DNA from: Ignavibacteriota bacterium
GTDB lineage: Bacteria; Bacteroidota; Ignavibacteria; UBA10030
Direction: 5' to 3'
NCBI GenBank assembly: GCA_963833465.1
Contig: CAWHXW010000001.1
Span: 24,972-88,971 of the forward strand
DNA length: 64,000 bases
Part shown: positions 1 through 10,023 of the stretch, piece by piece
Position numbering within the stretch: the stretch's first letter is position 1
How the letters are laid out: every line of letters begins with the position of its first letter
Translations under genes and position numbers: made by a program
The notes under the pieces: generated by a model
What the model saw: the letters and a program-made list of their open reading frames with translations, nothing else
Told to the model about the DNA's origin: nothing
Databases searched by the model: none

Positions 1-66
1 TGCATTCAAGCCGGGGCAGTCACCGCCGCCGGTAAGTATTCCGATTCTCTTCAAATTATTTTTCAT
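1..66 (-). CDS. pfkA: 6-phosphofructokinase, N-terminal 22 codons only (gene continues beyond window start)
   Basis: Revcomp of 1-66 reads ATG then MKNNLKRIGILTGGGDCPGLNA, the canonical PFK N-terminus with the GGDxPGxN ATP-binding motif. Start codon is the complement of 64-66. Confidence 0.6.
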   Translation of the reverse strand, partial: MKNNLKRIGILTGGGDCPGLNA

Positions 67-203
67 TTTTTAATTTCAATTGTGAATAATTCTTCCATTG
101 GTAAGATACAAAAAAGTGCTATCTGATTCCACAGACTCAACAAAACGAAAGAAGCCCCTCCAATCGGCACTGGAGAGGCTTCTTTTAAAATCAAAAAAGC
201 AAA

Positions 204-989
204 TTATGCTTCTTTCTTCTTTTCCTCTGCACTCTGTTGATATTTTTCGCCAAACCAAGCGCCAAAAAATGAAATTATAAATCCCAAAATCAATCCTATA
301 ATGAGATAAGTTGTTGTTAATGTTTGTGAGCTGAGTAAAATAACGAATCTGAGAAAAACCCAATCGAGAATTACTACCAGCAATCCAGCAACGGCAGGTT
401 CTCTCAGTGTAACACCTGGAGACTTAACACCGACGACAAATCCTGTCGCCACAAAACTTCCGATGAAGCCGGCAAATGCAAACTTGAAAATATGAGGAGG
501 AAAAAGAGTTGAGAGTATAAAAACTAATAATACGTTAAGAGCAAAACCGATAACTACGCCGACCAGTACCCACTTCCAAAGAAACTTTTTGATATTTTTT
601 TCTTCAGCCGAAGATTCATCGCCTTGCAATTTTTCACCTGCCCAACCGCCAACCCACGAAAAGCCAACGCCAAGAAGCAATAGAAGCAAGTTGACAGCTT
701 TTGAGAATTGAATTTCGACATTAGTAATTATGAGTAAAATCAGCATCACTACCATTACAATAGCTCCGCCTACTGTTGCTTCATTAATTGTTATGCCCGG
801 AGAAAAGTATCCAATAATAGCTCCGGTAACAATAAAACCACCTAACATAATCAGTGCTTGAATTTCACGACTGTGAAACATCGGCGCCACAATTAAATAA
901 GATGCTCCTACTATAATAAGTCCTACAATAACCGATAAGATGACCCATTTCCAATGCAACTTGGGTTCTTGATGCGCATTATGTGTCAT
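204..989 (-). CDS. polytopic membrane protein made of two homologous about 130-aa halves (internal tandem duplication), function unknown
   Basis: 261-aa ORF. It is hydrophobic throughout. Both halves contain (Y/V)xSPG(I/V)T and end in a charged ...EKxQxxxSAEEKxxK tail. Confidence 0.55.
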   Translation of the reverse strand: MTHNAHQEPKLHWKWVILSVIVGLIIVGASYLIVAPMFHSREIQALIMLGGFIVTGAIIGYFSPGITINEATVGGAIVMVVMLILLIITNVEIQFSKAVNLLLLLLGVGFSWVGGWAGEKLQGDESSAEEKNIKKFLWKWVLVGVVIGFALNVLLVFILSTLFPPHIFKFAFAGFIGSFVATGFVVGVKSPGVTLREPAVAGLLVVILDWVFLRFVILLSSQTLTTTYLIIGLILGFIISFFGAWFGEKYQQSAEEKKKEA

Positions 990-1232
990 AATAGTCTTCC
1001 TTCTGTTGGTTGATGAAGTTGAATAATATATTCTGCTAAATGTGAATATCTAAAAACAATGAAGGAAAAGCAAGAAATATGTTTGGGTTGTGAAAGATAT
1101 AACAAAATGGGAACAAATGTTTCGTTTTTGCATGTTAAAAGAAATCTCTATGCTAATTGGAATCTTTATTTTGGCGTAAAGATTTTTCTAAAATAAGTAA
1201 TTGATTATCGTAAATTGAGATATCAAAATGTA

Positions 1233-3251
1233 TCAGAACTGAACCTCTACCTCCATATTCACAAAACTCTGGCTGTTTCCATTGATTTCATCGTTACCTG
1301 TTCCTATTGACTTGACATTTTCCATAACAGTTTGAGCATATTTTGCAGCAATGTACATTTTTGAAAAGATCTGGTACCGCAAGATAAAATACCAGCGCAT
1401 ACCGCGTCCGTATAGAGCTGGATTTGAATACACTCCGGGTAAGTCATCTTCAAATTCATAAATTGACGAATCATAGGAATACGTATCGAAGACAGCAAGC
1501 CGTGCTTGGATTGTCAGTGGAAGAGATAAATTCCATCTAATTTCTTGAGACATTAGCATTCCTTCTTCTTCCGCTTTCAATCCGTTATATTGTACCGTTA
1601 TCCATTCGATCCTGCTTGATAAACGTAATGATTGAGATGAAGTGAATTCACTTGTAAGTCTATAATTTTGTTGAACACGAGAAAATGTCTGTTGAACCAA
1701 TCTGCCGTATAAATCATTCTCATAAGTTGCTGACGGCGAGTCTTTCCTTTTATAACGAAACGTGATTTCATATTGCTCAGTCGGTTTACATTCGGCAAGC
1801 ATAAGGAAATCGTTGCCATGCGACGGAGCCGGCACCAAGTACATCGGCTGAGGATGTTGAAACTGATCGTAATATGTTGATAACTGCAGACATGGAATCA
1901 GTTGTGTTCGAATTCCAGCATATACGCCGTTTTCATTTTGCACCTGTCCGCTTGATTCACCAAAAGCATTTCCGTGAATACTTTGAAATGCTGATGGATA
2001 ATCTCTTGCTACAATTGTCAAGGCAAGTGATGCTGTCGGTTCATAAACAACTCCTGTAATTGCAGCAAGCGCATTTGCGCGGTCGAGGGCACATTCTGAA
2101 AACACATCTACATTTTTATTAGTGAATGAAACATCCATTCCCCGCATCCATAATTCAGAAGCACTTTCGCCGTTTTTACCTGTAAGAATTAAAGGATTAA
2201 CAAATTGAGTGCGATAACAAGTACCTCCGATTTTCAATCCGTCTAAAATATATGTAAATGCACGGCATCCGATTAGTTTTTCCCGCGAAGAGTTTTTATT
2301 GCGCTGTTCGCTTGCTGTACGAAATAATCCGCTTTTATCGATAGACGATATATAACCGAGTGAATCTATTGTCGCATTAATTGCTTTATTGGAATAAAAT
2401 ATTTGAATCTGCATATTGTCTAATCCAATGGATGTGCTGATGCCTCGGAAAAAAGAATTTTCATTGGACAAAAGGTACGGGTGAATTCCGCAGCCATTTT
2501 TCCTCACAGGTGTAATGACATCGCTTCCTTTCCCGAATGCGGATTCAGTCCAAAAAATTAATCCTTCTGCATCTTCCATTTGATAATCCCCAATTATGCA
2601 ATGCGTTGCAAGCGACGGAATGGAAAAGCTGGCATAATAAGTCAAGAAATTTGCGAGACCTCGTTCACCGGGGTCTTTCTTAGTCAACACGCCGGCTTTT
2701 ATATCAGATACCGAAGATGATGAAGACGAATTTAAATTTTCAAGCGAGAGGCAAAACCGATTGAGGATTTTTTCCGGCGAGCCAGGATACGCGCCATTGA
2801 TAAATCCCTGCCGCTCTTCAATTTCTGTTGATGTTCTGCTGAGAAAAAAGGCATAGACGTTTGCCGTTTTCTTCATCCTTCCAATTTTCACAAACCTGCG
2901 AATGAATGAAAACAATTCCGGTGTTATTCCCTCAATTTCTAAAAGTTCATTTACAGAAGTAAATCGTTTATGTTTGCGTCTTTCGACAATCCGAGAAGAA
3001 ATGAGATTTGATATCGCCGGAATTCTATGCAGTTCTTCTGCTGAAGCCGTATTAAGATTAAGTGGATTATCTTCAAGCTGAGTCATTTCTTCAGCGAGAA
3101 TAGAATTCTCATCAGTTTGAATGGCACTCTCTAAAAATTTCTCCCATTGATTATCTTCCCAGAAATCCGAAGTATCTGCTGTTGATCGCTCCTGCGCAAT
3201 TGCAATAGATGCAACGGCAGCACAAAATAAGATAAACAAAAAAGGACGCAT
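1233..3251 (-). CDS. outer-membrane beta-barrel protein with N-terminal ComEA-like helix-hairpin-helix domain
   Basis: 672 aa. Signal peptide MRPFLFILFCAAVASIAIAQ. The motif NLNTASAEELHRIPAISNLISSRIVERRK...FTSVNELLEIEGITPELF is an HhH DNA-binding motif. A long segment of alternating hydrophobic residues ends in a C-terminal Phe (…VEVQF), typical of OM barrels. Confidence 0.6.
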   Translation of the reverse strand: MRPFLFILFCAAVASIAIAQERSTADTSDFWEDNQWEKFLESAIQTDENSILAEEMTQLEDNPLNLNTASAEELHRIPAISNLISSRIVERRKHKRFTSVNELLEIEGITPELFSFIRRFVKIGRMKKTANVYAFFLSRTSTEIEERQGFINGAYPGSPEKILNRFCLSLENLNSSSSSSVSDIKAGVLTKKDPGERGLANFLTYYASFSIPSLATHCIIGDYQMEDAEGLIFWTESAFGKGSDVITPVRKNGCGIHPYLLSNENSFFRGISTSIGLDNMQIQIFYSNKAINATIDSLGYISSIDKSGLFRTASEQRNKNSSREKLIGCRAFTYILDGLKIGGTCYRTQFVNPLILTGKNGESASELWMRGMDVSFTNKNVDVFSECALDRANALAAITGVVYEPTASLALTIVARDYPSAFQSIHGNAFGESSGQVQNENGVYAGIRTQLIPCLQLSTYYDQFQHPQPMYLVPAPSHGNDFLMLAECKPTEQYEITFRYKRKDSPSATYENDLYGRLVQQTFSRVQQNYRLTSEFTSSQSLRLSSRIEWITVQYNGLKAEEEGMLMSQEIRWNLSLPLTIQARLAVFDTYSYDSSIYEFEDDLPGVYSNPALYGRGMRWYFILRYQIFSKMYIAAKYAQTVMENVKSIGTGNDEINGNSQSFVNMEVEVQF

Positions 3252-3253
3252 AG

Positions 3254-4120
3254 TTATTTACCAAGCTTGAAAGAAAGTTCAATCTGATGAGTCCAGCCAA
3301 GATCAGGATGGCTGTATCCTGCATATCCAAATTCAAAAAATGAATATCTGGCAGCAATTCCTAAGGCATACTTGTCTGGATTATTTGCGACCCCTGCACG
3401 AATTGCAATAACATCGAAAACAATTTGCTCAATACCCATTTTTATGTTTGCAGGAAAACGAATATCTTTTTCCATTTCTATTGAAATTTGAATACCGTGT
3501 AATTGCGACCAGCAAGCTCCCAAGTTAAATACTTGCGGGAGCTTTTCACCTGTTCTTCCAAGAGTTGCATCTGTAACGTTGTGAACGCAAAAGCCGATAT
3601 CTACTCTTTCCAACACATGTGCAATTAATCCTCCATCTGTAATAAAACTGCCGGCGGTACCGTACCGAGCAATATCAAGCCGATAATATTGGCAGCTTAA
3701 TCCAGCTGAAATATTTCCATTGGCCTCTTTTGCAAGCGCCAAGCCAAATTCTGATTCTGAATATAAATCGAAACCGAATTTTTCTGCTTTAATTCCAATT
3801 GTTGCAAAAGGAAGCGGCGCTGCTATTGCAAGCGCAGTTGTTTTCAATTCTTGCAATCCAAATTGTTCTGGAACGGTAAATGCGGAGCATTGAAAAGCAG
3901 TTACATTGGTAAGACCCCCTGGATTATAGTTGATTGCCCAGCAATTATCAGACACAGCAACGAAAGCATTTGCCATTCCAATTGCCTTTGTGCCCAGCCC
4001 ATTATTTTCCATTGTAAAAAGGTGAGGGTGATAGATTGACAAGCAAATTATTATTGAACAACCTAACCTTTTTACTTGCTGAGGCAGTAGAATTTGGGTA
4101 TATTTTTCTAAAATAAACAT
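3254..4120 (-). CDS. putative outer-membrane beta-barrel protein (start uncertain; possible internal start near 4012)
   Basis: 288-aa ORF with amphipathic beta-strand pattern. It lies 2 bp downstream of the HhH-OMP gene. The ORF's 5' end overlaps the divergent gene at 4119, so the true start is probably an internal Met. Confidence 0.45.
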   Translation of the reverse strand: MFILEKYTQILLPQQVKRLGCSIIICLSIYHPHLFTMENNGLGTKAIGMANAFVAVSDNCWAINYNPGGLTNVTAFQCSAFTVPEQFGLQELKTTALAIAAPLPFATIGIKAEKFGFDLYSESEFGLALAKEANGNISAGLSCQYYRLDIARYGTAGSFITDGGLIAHVLERVDIGFCVHNVTDATLGRTGEKLPQVFNLGACWSQLHGIQISIEMEKDIRFPANIKMGIEQIVFDVIAIRAGVANNPDKYALGIAARYSFFEFGYAGYSHPDLGWTHQIELSFKLGK

Positions 4121-4133
4121 GGAATGTCCCCTT

Positions 4134-5045
4134 ATGAAAAAAATAAAATTAGCAGTCCTATTTTGCGCTCTTTTATTAGCCGTTACGCCTCTTCTTGTTT
4201 CTCAAGAACTCAACTGCACTGTCACGATTCATACGGAAGCTATCCAATCTGGACAACTCGGTTATCTGCGCACTTTTGCTCAAGATATAGAGCACTACAT
4301 GAATAACACACGTTTCTCCACCGAAGATCTTGATGGAGAAAGAATCCAATGCAGTTTAGATGTTTCCTTTATATCAGCAGCAAGCAACAACCAATATCAA
4401 GTGCAGGCTGTTATATTAAGTCAGCGCCCAATTTACAACGGTAATGAAAAAAGTGATCGTTCAACACTTGTTATTAGAATTATGGATAATAATTGGAACT
4501 TCACTTACACTCCTAATCAGCGTATGGACCATAATGAAATGATTTTTGATCCATTAATGGGATTTCTTGATTTCTATGCATATTTAATTATTGGATATGA
4601 TCTGGAAACGTACGTCCCTATGTCTGGATCTGCCTGCTTCCAGAAAGCATTAAATATAGTACAATTAGCAACTAACTCAGCAACAGCTAAAGACTGGCAG
4701 CAATCTTCTACCAGCTACAGCAAATTCGGTATTGTGGATGAACTCTCCAATGTAAAGTACAATCCTTTTCGCATTGCATTCAACAATTACCATTTTGACG
4801 GCATCGATCTGCTCTCTACAGAACGGCAAAAAGGACTTGTCAATATGCTTGCAGCTATTGAGGCAATTAATAATATTCGCCTACGTCAAAATTCTACCAG
4901 TGTCATTGTAAAGCAATTCTTTGATGCCAAGTACAGAGAGATTGCTGAAGCATTCCAAAATTATCCTGATCGCAGCGTGTATGAAACATTATCAAATTAC
5001 GATGAAGAGCATCGTTCCACATATCAAGAATGGAAAACAAAATAA
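4134..5045 (+). CDS. secreted/lipoprotein-like hypothetical protein
   Basis: ORF 4119-5045. A start at MKKIKLAVLFCALLLAVTPLLVSQ gives a clean signal peptide. No catalytic motifs recognised. Confidence 0.55.
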   Translation: MKKIKLAVLFCALLLAVTPLLVSQELNCTVTIHTEAIQSGQLGYLRTFAQDIEHYMNNTRFSTEDLDGERIQCSLDVSFISAASNNQYQVQAVILSQRPIYNGNEKSDRSTLVIRIMDNNWNFTYTPNQRMDHNEMIFDPLMGFLDFYAYLIIGYDLETYVPMSGSACFQKALNIVQLATNSATAKDWQQSSTSYSKFGIVDELSNVKYNPFRIAFNNYHFDGIDLLSTERQKGLVNMLAAIEAINNIRLRQNSTSVIVKQFFDAKYREIAEAFQNYPDRSVYETLSNYDEEHRSTYQEWKTK

Positions 5046-5054
5046 TAGCACATG

Positions 5055-7169
5055 TTATTCCTGCAGTAATTGAGTTGAATTGATCGTATCTCCAATTTGA
5101 AGACGATCAATAACTTCCATTCCCTTTACTACTTTTGCAAATATAGTATAGCGTCCGTCAAGTTGTGGTGTTGAAATATGCGTAATGAAAAACTGGCTTC
5201 CCTCCGTATCTTTTCCTGCACTTGCCATCCCACAGCTTCCTCGCTCGTAATTCACATCTGATATTTCCGTGCGCATTGTATATCCAGGTCCTCCCCAGCC
5301 ATCGCCGCGCGGATCACCGCCTTGAACTACAAAATCCGGCACAACACGGTGAAAGTACAAACCGTTGTAAAATCCTTTTTTGATTAATTTCACAAAATTC
5401 AACACCGTGAATGGTGATTGTTCTTTCATCAATTCAATTATAAATTCACCACGATTAGTTGCAATGCTAACTTGCTGATTCGGTTTAATATTCTCTAAAA
5501 GTTCCCAGTCATCTTCAGTTTTACTTTTAATTATTTGCCGAGGCAATTTACTTGAATAATCCTTGCCTGTAATTCTATGCAAAGATGCTGCAGCTTCATT
5601 GGCAATTGATCGTTCTGATTCGAACAATTCTTTTTCTAAAAACGCAACAGAGCGCACATTATTTATATTTCCTAATGTTTCAATAATGGACTGCTTCGCT
5701 TCTAAATCATCGTTAAGATTCATTTCCCCAAATGCCGAGATAAATTCATCAACAATATTGTCAGTAAGCCCGGCATTTCTAAAGTTATTAAATACTATCG
5801 TATCGGCAAAGAGATTAGCAACAATAGTGGTGATACCTATATCATTTTTGGCAAGTGCATTTCTTGCTTCCTTAAAAATATTATTAATCAATAATGTGCT
5901 TTCGCTTGAATCAAACCCAAGATTTTTAATGACTATCGGATTGAGTATCTGTTTAATAAAATCCCAAGCCGCCATTGCAACACGAGTCGATTTATGATTA
6001 AGATTGTTATAAAGAATATTGAGATGCTCTTTAGTTGTCTGCTGCGCTATTCCTTCCAGGAGTTTTGCTTTTAATCGTGGAGTGACTTGATGATCGTTAA
6101 TCCAAATATAAAATATCTCAAGTTCCTTCGGAAAATGTTTTCCAAGCGCAACAAGGGCTTCTCCACGTACAGCTTCATTTTCAGTATTATCATTTGCAAT
6201 AGCACGCAGCACCGATCGCATAGAATCTATTAGGTGTGATTGATCGGCGACCAGAGGCGGCGAGGCGCTAAACGCCTGTAACGCTGCAATTCTAATATGA
6301 TTATTCTTAGCCGTGAGATACCCAATATATTTCAACAGTGACTCATTGCTTATTGCTGAAAAGGATGCACGCGCGCGAATAATTTGCACCCACACATGCC
6401 AATCATTTAAATTCATTTCTGTTTTTTCAAGTGTGTCTAAAATTTCTCGCGAATCTTCGGACTTCGATCTTCCAAGCAACGTTGCCAAATGCATTCGAAT
6501 ATTCGAATTATAATTTTCAGCCAAAGAAATTAATTCTTCTTTATGCTTTGAAATTTCGAGATCAATTAATCCATTTGGTGCCGACCGCCAAAGTGCAAAA
6601 AGTGCGGCTGAGCATTCTTCCTGCGATTTGCTGCCGGCATACTCAAAACATTTCCAAATGGACCGTTCCGTTTTAATTTGACGAATTGCAAATCGGGCAA
6701 TGCACATCGAAAATTCTTTTGGCGAAAAAATATTTGGCTCCCGTTCGTTGATATTAAGAAGTGAATCCAAATATTTTTGAGAACCGCACTTTCCTATTGC
6801 CTCTAATATTCTTGCAATGACATTTGTATCCTTTTCAGTTGAACTAGCTGAAAGCAATTCATCAACCGCTTTCTCTGTTTTAATTTGCCCTAATGCAAGT
6901 GCCGATGCCGCACGAACATTCTTATCATTATCCTTTAATGAGATCGCAAGCGGTTCTACCGTTGAAGAATCTTGTAGGTTTGCAAGAGCAATAGCGGCTC
7001 GGTATCGAAGTTGAACATTCTGATTTTTAAGGAAGGATATTAGTTTCCCATTGCCTAATGAACGCTGATCCTGCAGTTGAAGGATTTCCCGTTCTCCCGG
7101 CGAAACAGGCTGTGCGTATTGAAGCGAACAAGAACATATGACAAGAATGATTAAAACTATTGTTTTCAC
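5055..7169 (-). CDS. periplasmic HEAT-repeat protein fused to a cyclophilin-type peptidyl-prolyl cis-trans isomerase domain
   Basis: 704 aa. Signal peptide MKTIVLIILVICSCSLQYAQ. The N-terminal roughly 500 aa are repetitive alpha-helical repeats (…VRYRAAIALANLQD…, …NVRAASALALGQIK…). The C-terminal segment …HRVVPDFVVQGGDPRGDGWGGPGYTMRTE…GMASAGKDTEGSQFFITH… is a cyclophilin signature. Confidence 0.8.
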   Translation of the reverse strand: MKTIVLIILVICSCSLQYAQPVSPGEREILQLQDQRSLGNGKLISFLKNQNVQLRYRAAIALANLQDSSTVEPLAISLKDNDKNVRAASALALGQIKTEKAVDELLSASSTEKDTNVIARILEAIGKCGSQKYLDSLLNINEREPNIFSPKEFSMCIARFAIRQIKTERSIWKCFEYAGSKSQEECSAALFALWRSAPNGLIDLEISKHKEELISLAENYNSNIRMHLATLLGRSKSEDSREILDTLEKTEMNLNDWHVWVQIIRARASFSAISNESLLKYIGYLTAKNNHIRIAALQAFSASPPLVADQSHLIDSMRSVLRAIANDNTENEAVRGEALVALGKHFPKELEIFYIWINDHQVTPRLKAKLLEGIAQQTTKEHLNILYNNLNHKSTRVAMAAWDFIKQILNPIVIKNLGFDSSESTLLINNIFKEARNALAKNDIGITTIVANLFADTIVFNNFRNAGLTDNIVDEFISAFGEMNLNDDLEAKQSIIETLGNINNVRSVAFLEKELFESERSIANEAAASLHRITGKDYSSKLPRQIIKSKTEDDWELLENIKPNQQVSIATNRGEFIIELMKEQSPFTVLNFVKLIKKGFYNGLYFHRVVPDFVVQGGDPRGDGWGGPGYTMRTEISDVNYERGSCGMASAGKDTEGSQFFITHISTPQLDGRYTIFAKVVKGMEVIDRLQIGDTINSTQLLQE

Positions 7170-7228
7170 AACTTCTTACCCCTTATTTAGCATACATCTT
7201 ACAAATTGAAATCATTTGCAGATTGCTT

Positions 7229-8056
7229 TTACATCGTTTTATCTTTTTCTAATAAATTAAGATTGAACAACCGAATCGTATTCTTTGTTGTAACACAAGC
7301 GACTTCTTCCTCAGAAATATCAAGTACTTCCGCTATCTTCCGACCTATCAATATTAAGTTCGCCGGTTCATTTCTTTTTCCACGCAACGGAACTGGCGTC
7401 ATATATGGAGAATCCGTTTCGAGTAAAATATTTTCGATTCCGACTTGCTTTATCACTTCCAAACTGTCTGATTTTTTAAACGTAACAATACCAGGATATG
7501 AAATGAAAAATCCAAGACCGCGCACAAAAGCAGCTTGCTCTGCGGTTCCCTGAAAACAATGAAATACTCCGCGCATCTGTTTTTTACTGCTTTCTTTCCA
7601 ATTTGGGTTGGCTTTCACAATCTTCTCTGCAATATAAAAAGAATCTTCAATCGATTCGCGCATATGTAAAACAACCGGCAGGTTCCTTTGTACAGCAATC
7701 TCCATTTGTTTTATAAAATATTTGCGCTGCAACTCACCTGGCGAAAAATCATAATGATAATCCAATCCTATTTCACCGACAGCAGCTACTTTGGGATGCT
7801 CACATAGCTTTTCGATTTCCGCTATATCTTGGCCGCCAGCTTTTAATGTCTCGTGCGGATGGATGCCTACACATGCAAAAATATTATCATTTTGCTCTGC
7901 AAGCAATACTGCTTCCCTGCTTGACTTCAAATCAGTTCCCGGAACAATTATGATATCTATTCCCGCTTCTTTTGCACGCAATAAAACTTCCGCCAGATCA
8001 TTTGCATAATCCTTAAAAAATAGATGAGCATGAGAATCAATGTAACTTGGCATCAT
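7229..8056 (-). CDS. tatD: TatD-family metal-dependent hydrolase/DNase
   Basis: MMPSYIDSHAHL... N-terminus and a TIM-barrel hydrolase motif pattern. The ORF as called extends to 8122, but the canonical TatD start is MPSYIDSHAH. Confidence 0.85.
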   Translation of the reverse strand: MMPSYIDSHAHLFFKDYANDLAEVLLRAKEAGIDIIIVPGTDLKSSREAVLLAEQNDNIFACVGIHPHETLKAGGQDIAEIEKLCEHPKVAAVGEIGLDYHYDFSPGELQRKYFIKQMEIAVQRNLPVVLHMRESIEDSFYIAEKIVKANPNWKESSKKQMRGVFHCFQGTAEQAAFVRGLGFFISYPGIVTFKKSDSLEVIKQVGIENILLETDSPYMTPVPLRGKRNEPANLILIGRKIAEVLDISEEEVACVTTKNTIRLFNLNLLEKDKTM

Positions 8057-8276
8057 AGTTTGCATCCGCCAGGCAGCTATTGGTAAAATAATACATTTAT
8101 ATTTTAATTTATTCAATATCATTCTTTAAATCTATAAATTGTTTAAGAATTGGAATTCTTAGCTCTCTTACGTATATTTTATATAATTAAGCTTAAATGA
8201 TTATAAATTATGATTAGATTAGCGATTGGCTGATAAACCTAATAGTTCAACGGCTTAGAGGTTTGATTAATAATAA

Positions 8277-9014
8277 ATGGCCAATTATCAAATACTAGAT
8301 CGGCATGTTTATGAAAAGAAATATGTGCATTCGCTTTTTGATTCCATTGCGCATAGGTACGATTTTATTAATCATATACTAAGTTCCGGTATTGATATTA
8401 TTTGGCGGCGAAGAGCCATTCGGCTTCTTCAACAATTTCAACCAAAACAAATTCTTGATGTCGCCACAGGCACTGCCGACTTTGCTATTGAAGCCGTTCA
8501 GTTAAATCCTGAACAAATTATCGGTATTGACATTTCACAAAAAATGCTGGAAATAGGCCGTAATAAAATTCAAGCTCGAAAATTTGAGCATTTCATCACA
8601 CTAGAACCCGGCGAAGCAGAACATCTGCGTTTCGAATCAGGTTCATTTGATTTAGTGATGGCTGCATTCGGTGTAAGAAATTTTACAAATCTTGAACTTG
8701 GACTGAAAGAATTCTATCGTGTTTTGCACGCAGGAGGCAATGCATTAATTTTAGAATTTTCTAAGCCGAAACAATTTCCGATAAAACAAATTTTTCGTTT
8801 TTATTCACGGTACTTTCTCCCTTTTCTTGGAGGAGTCATTTCAAACAATCGTGCGGCTTATAAATATCTCCAAAGCACAATAGCGGAATTCCCTGATGGC
8901 GAAGAATTTTGCGCTATACTGCGTTCTGCAGGATTCGCAGAGGTGACATATTTACCGCAGACATTCGGCATCACTTCTATCTATATTGCAAAGAAAGAAA
9001 TGTTTTCAAATTGA
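8277..9014 (+). CDS. ubiE: demethylmenaquinone / ubiquinone biosynthesis C-methyltransferase
   Basis: 245 aa. Motif I ILDVATGTADFA, DISQKMLEIG, and the SAM-dependent MTase fold. Confidence 0.85.
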   Translation: MANYQILDRHVYEKKYVHSLFDSIAHRYDFINHILSSGIDIIWRRRAIRLLQQFQPKQILDVATGTADFAIEAVQLNPEQIIGIDISQKMLEIGRNKIQARKFEHFITLEPGEAEHLRFESGSFDLVMAAFGVRNFTNLELGLKEFYRVLHAGGNALILEFSKPKQFPIKQIFRFYSRYFLPFLGGVISNNRAAYKYLQSTIAEFPDGEEFCAILRSAGFAEVTYLPQTFGITSIYIAKKEMFSN

Positions 9015-9934
9015 TCGGTCTTTATAAAATATTTGATGCTCACGTTCACTTTTATTCAAATTCTTTTTTCAAGTTTTTGGTAAAGCAAAAATTTAATCGT
9101 GCAGACATCAATACCGAGCTTCGGAATCTTGCTTCGAAAGGACACATCGAAATCCCCGGTGAAGATCCTGTGCAGCTTGCGAAACGCTGGATAGATATTA
9201 TCGATAAATGGAAGTTAGAGCGGTTGATGCTTTTTAGCAGTATTCCCGGAGATGAGGACTCGATCGTTAAAGCAGTGAAGGCATTCCCGGCACGCTTTTC
9301 GGGAATGTTCACAGTCGATCCCAACTCAAATTTATTGATGGAGAATGCCGCAAAGCGAATGCAGGAAGATAATTTGAAAGGAGTGCTGCTCTACCCCTCT
9401 CTTTATCAAATTAATGTCAACGATGAGTGGCTGTATCCTCTTTACAACCTTATTCAGGAATGCAACGGAATTATCCTCATACAATTCGGCAAGTTAGTTG
9501 TACGCCCGCGTGAATACGCCGGAATTCCTACGATAACTAACGACGAGTTCGCTAACCCAAAAGATTTGATACCGGTAGCAAAAAAATTTACAGGTATCAA
9601 ATTCATAATCCCGAATTTTGGCGCTGGGATGTTTGAAGAAACTTTGGAACTCGGCAAAGAATGTCCAAATGTTTATGTCGATACTGCCGGCTCAAATTCC
9701 TGGATTACCGAACATCCTACTAAGCCGGATATGCGTCGTGTGTTTCAGAAATTTCTAGAGGTTTATACAGCGAAAAGGATAATATTTGGATCGGATTCCG
9801 GTCTGCTGCCGCGCGGCTACCGATATGACATTGTGGACAACCAATTGAAATTAGTGCAGGAAATGCGTTTGCCTATGGTTGATATTAAAAATATTTTCTA
9901 CGAAAATATGTCCGGTTTGATGAACAATACGTAG
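9011..9934 (+). CDS. amidohydrolase-2 family (TIM-barrel metal-dependent hydrolase)
   Basis: Begins …IFDAHVHFY… (metal-binding HxH). The ORF track starts it at 8909, inside ubiE. The likely start is a TTG overlapping the ubiE stop (TTGA). Confidence 0.6.
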   Translation: MIGLYKIFDAHVHFYSNSFFKFLVKQKFNRADINTELRNLASKGHIEIPGEDPVQLAKRWIDIIDKWKLERLMLFSSIPGDEDSIVKAVKAFPARFSGMFTVDPNSNLLMENAAKRMQEDNLKGVLLYPSLYQINVNDEWLYPLYNLIQECNGIILIQFGKLVVRPREYAGIPTITNDEFANPKDLIPVAKKFTGIKFIIPNFGAGMFEETLELGKECPNVYVDTAGSNSWITEHPTKPDMRRVFQKFLEVYTAKRIIFGSDSGLLPRGYRYDIVDNQLKLVQEMRLPMVDIKNIFYENMSGLMNNT

Positions 9935-10023
9935 GATTTTCTTTAGATTTCTACCATACTCATAAAATGAAATCACATTTAACTGCCGGCAATCTGATTC
10001 GTTCAATCAGATTGAACAATTAG

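Noticed and set aside
8909-9010. 5' extension of the amidohydrolase ORF overlapping the end of ubiE
   Set aside because: The ORF track starts it at an alternative start codon inside ubiE. The conserved amidohydrolase N-terminus (…IFDAHVHF…) begins after the ubiE stop, and a TTG overlapping the stop (TTGA) is the more parsimonious start.
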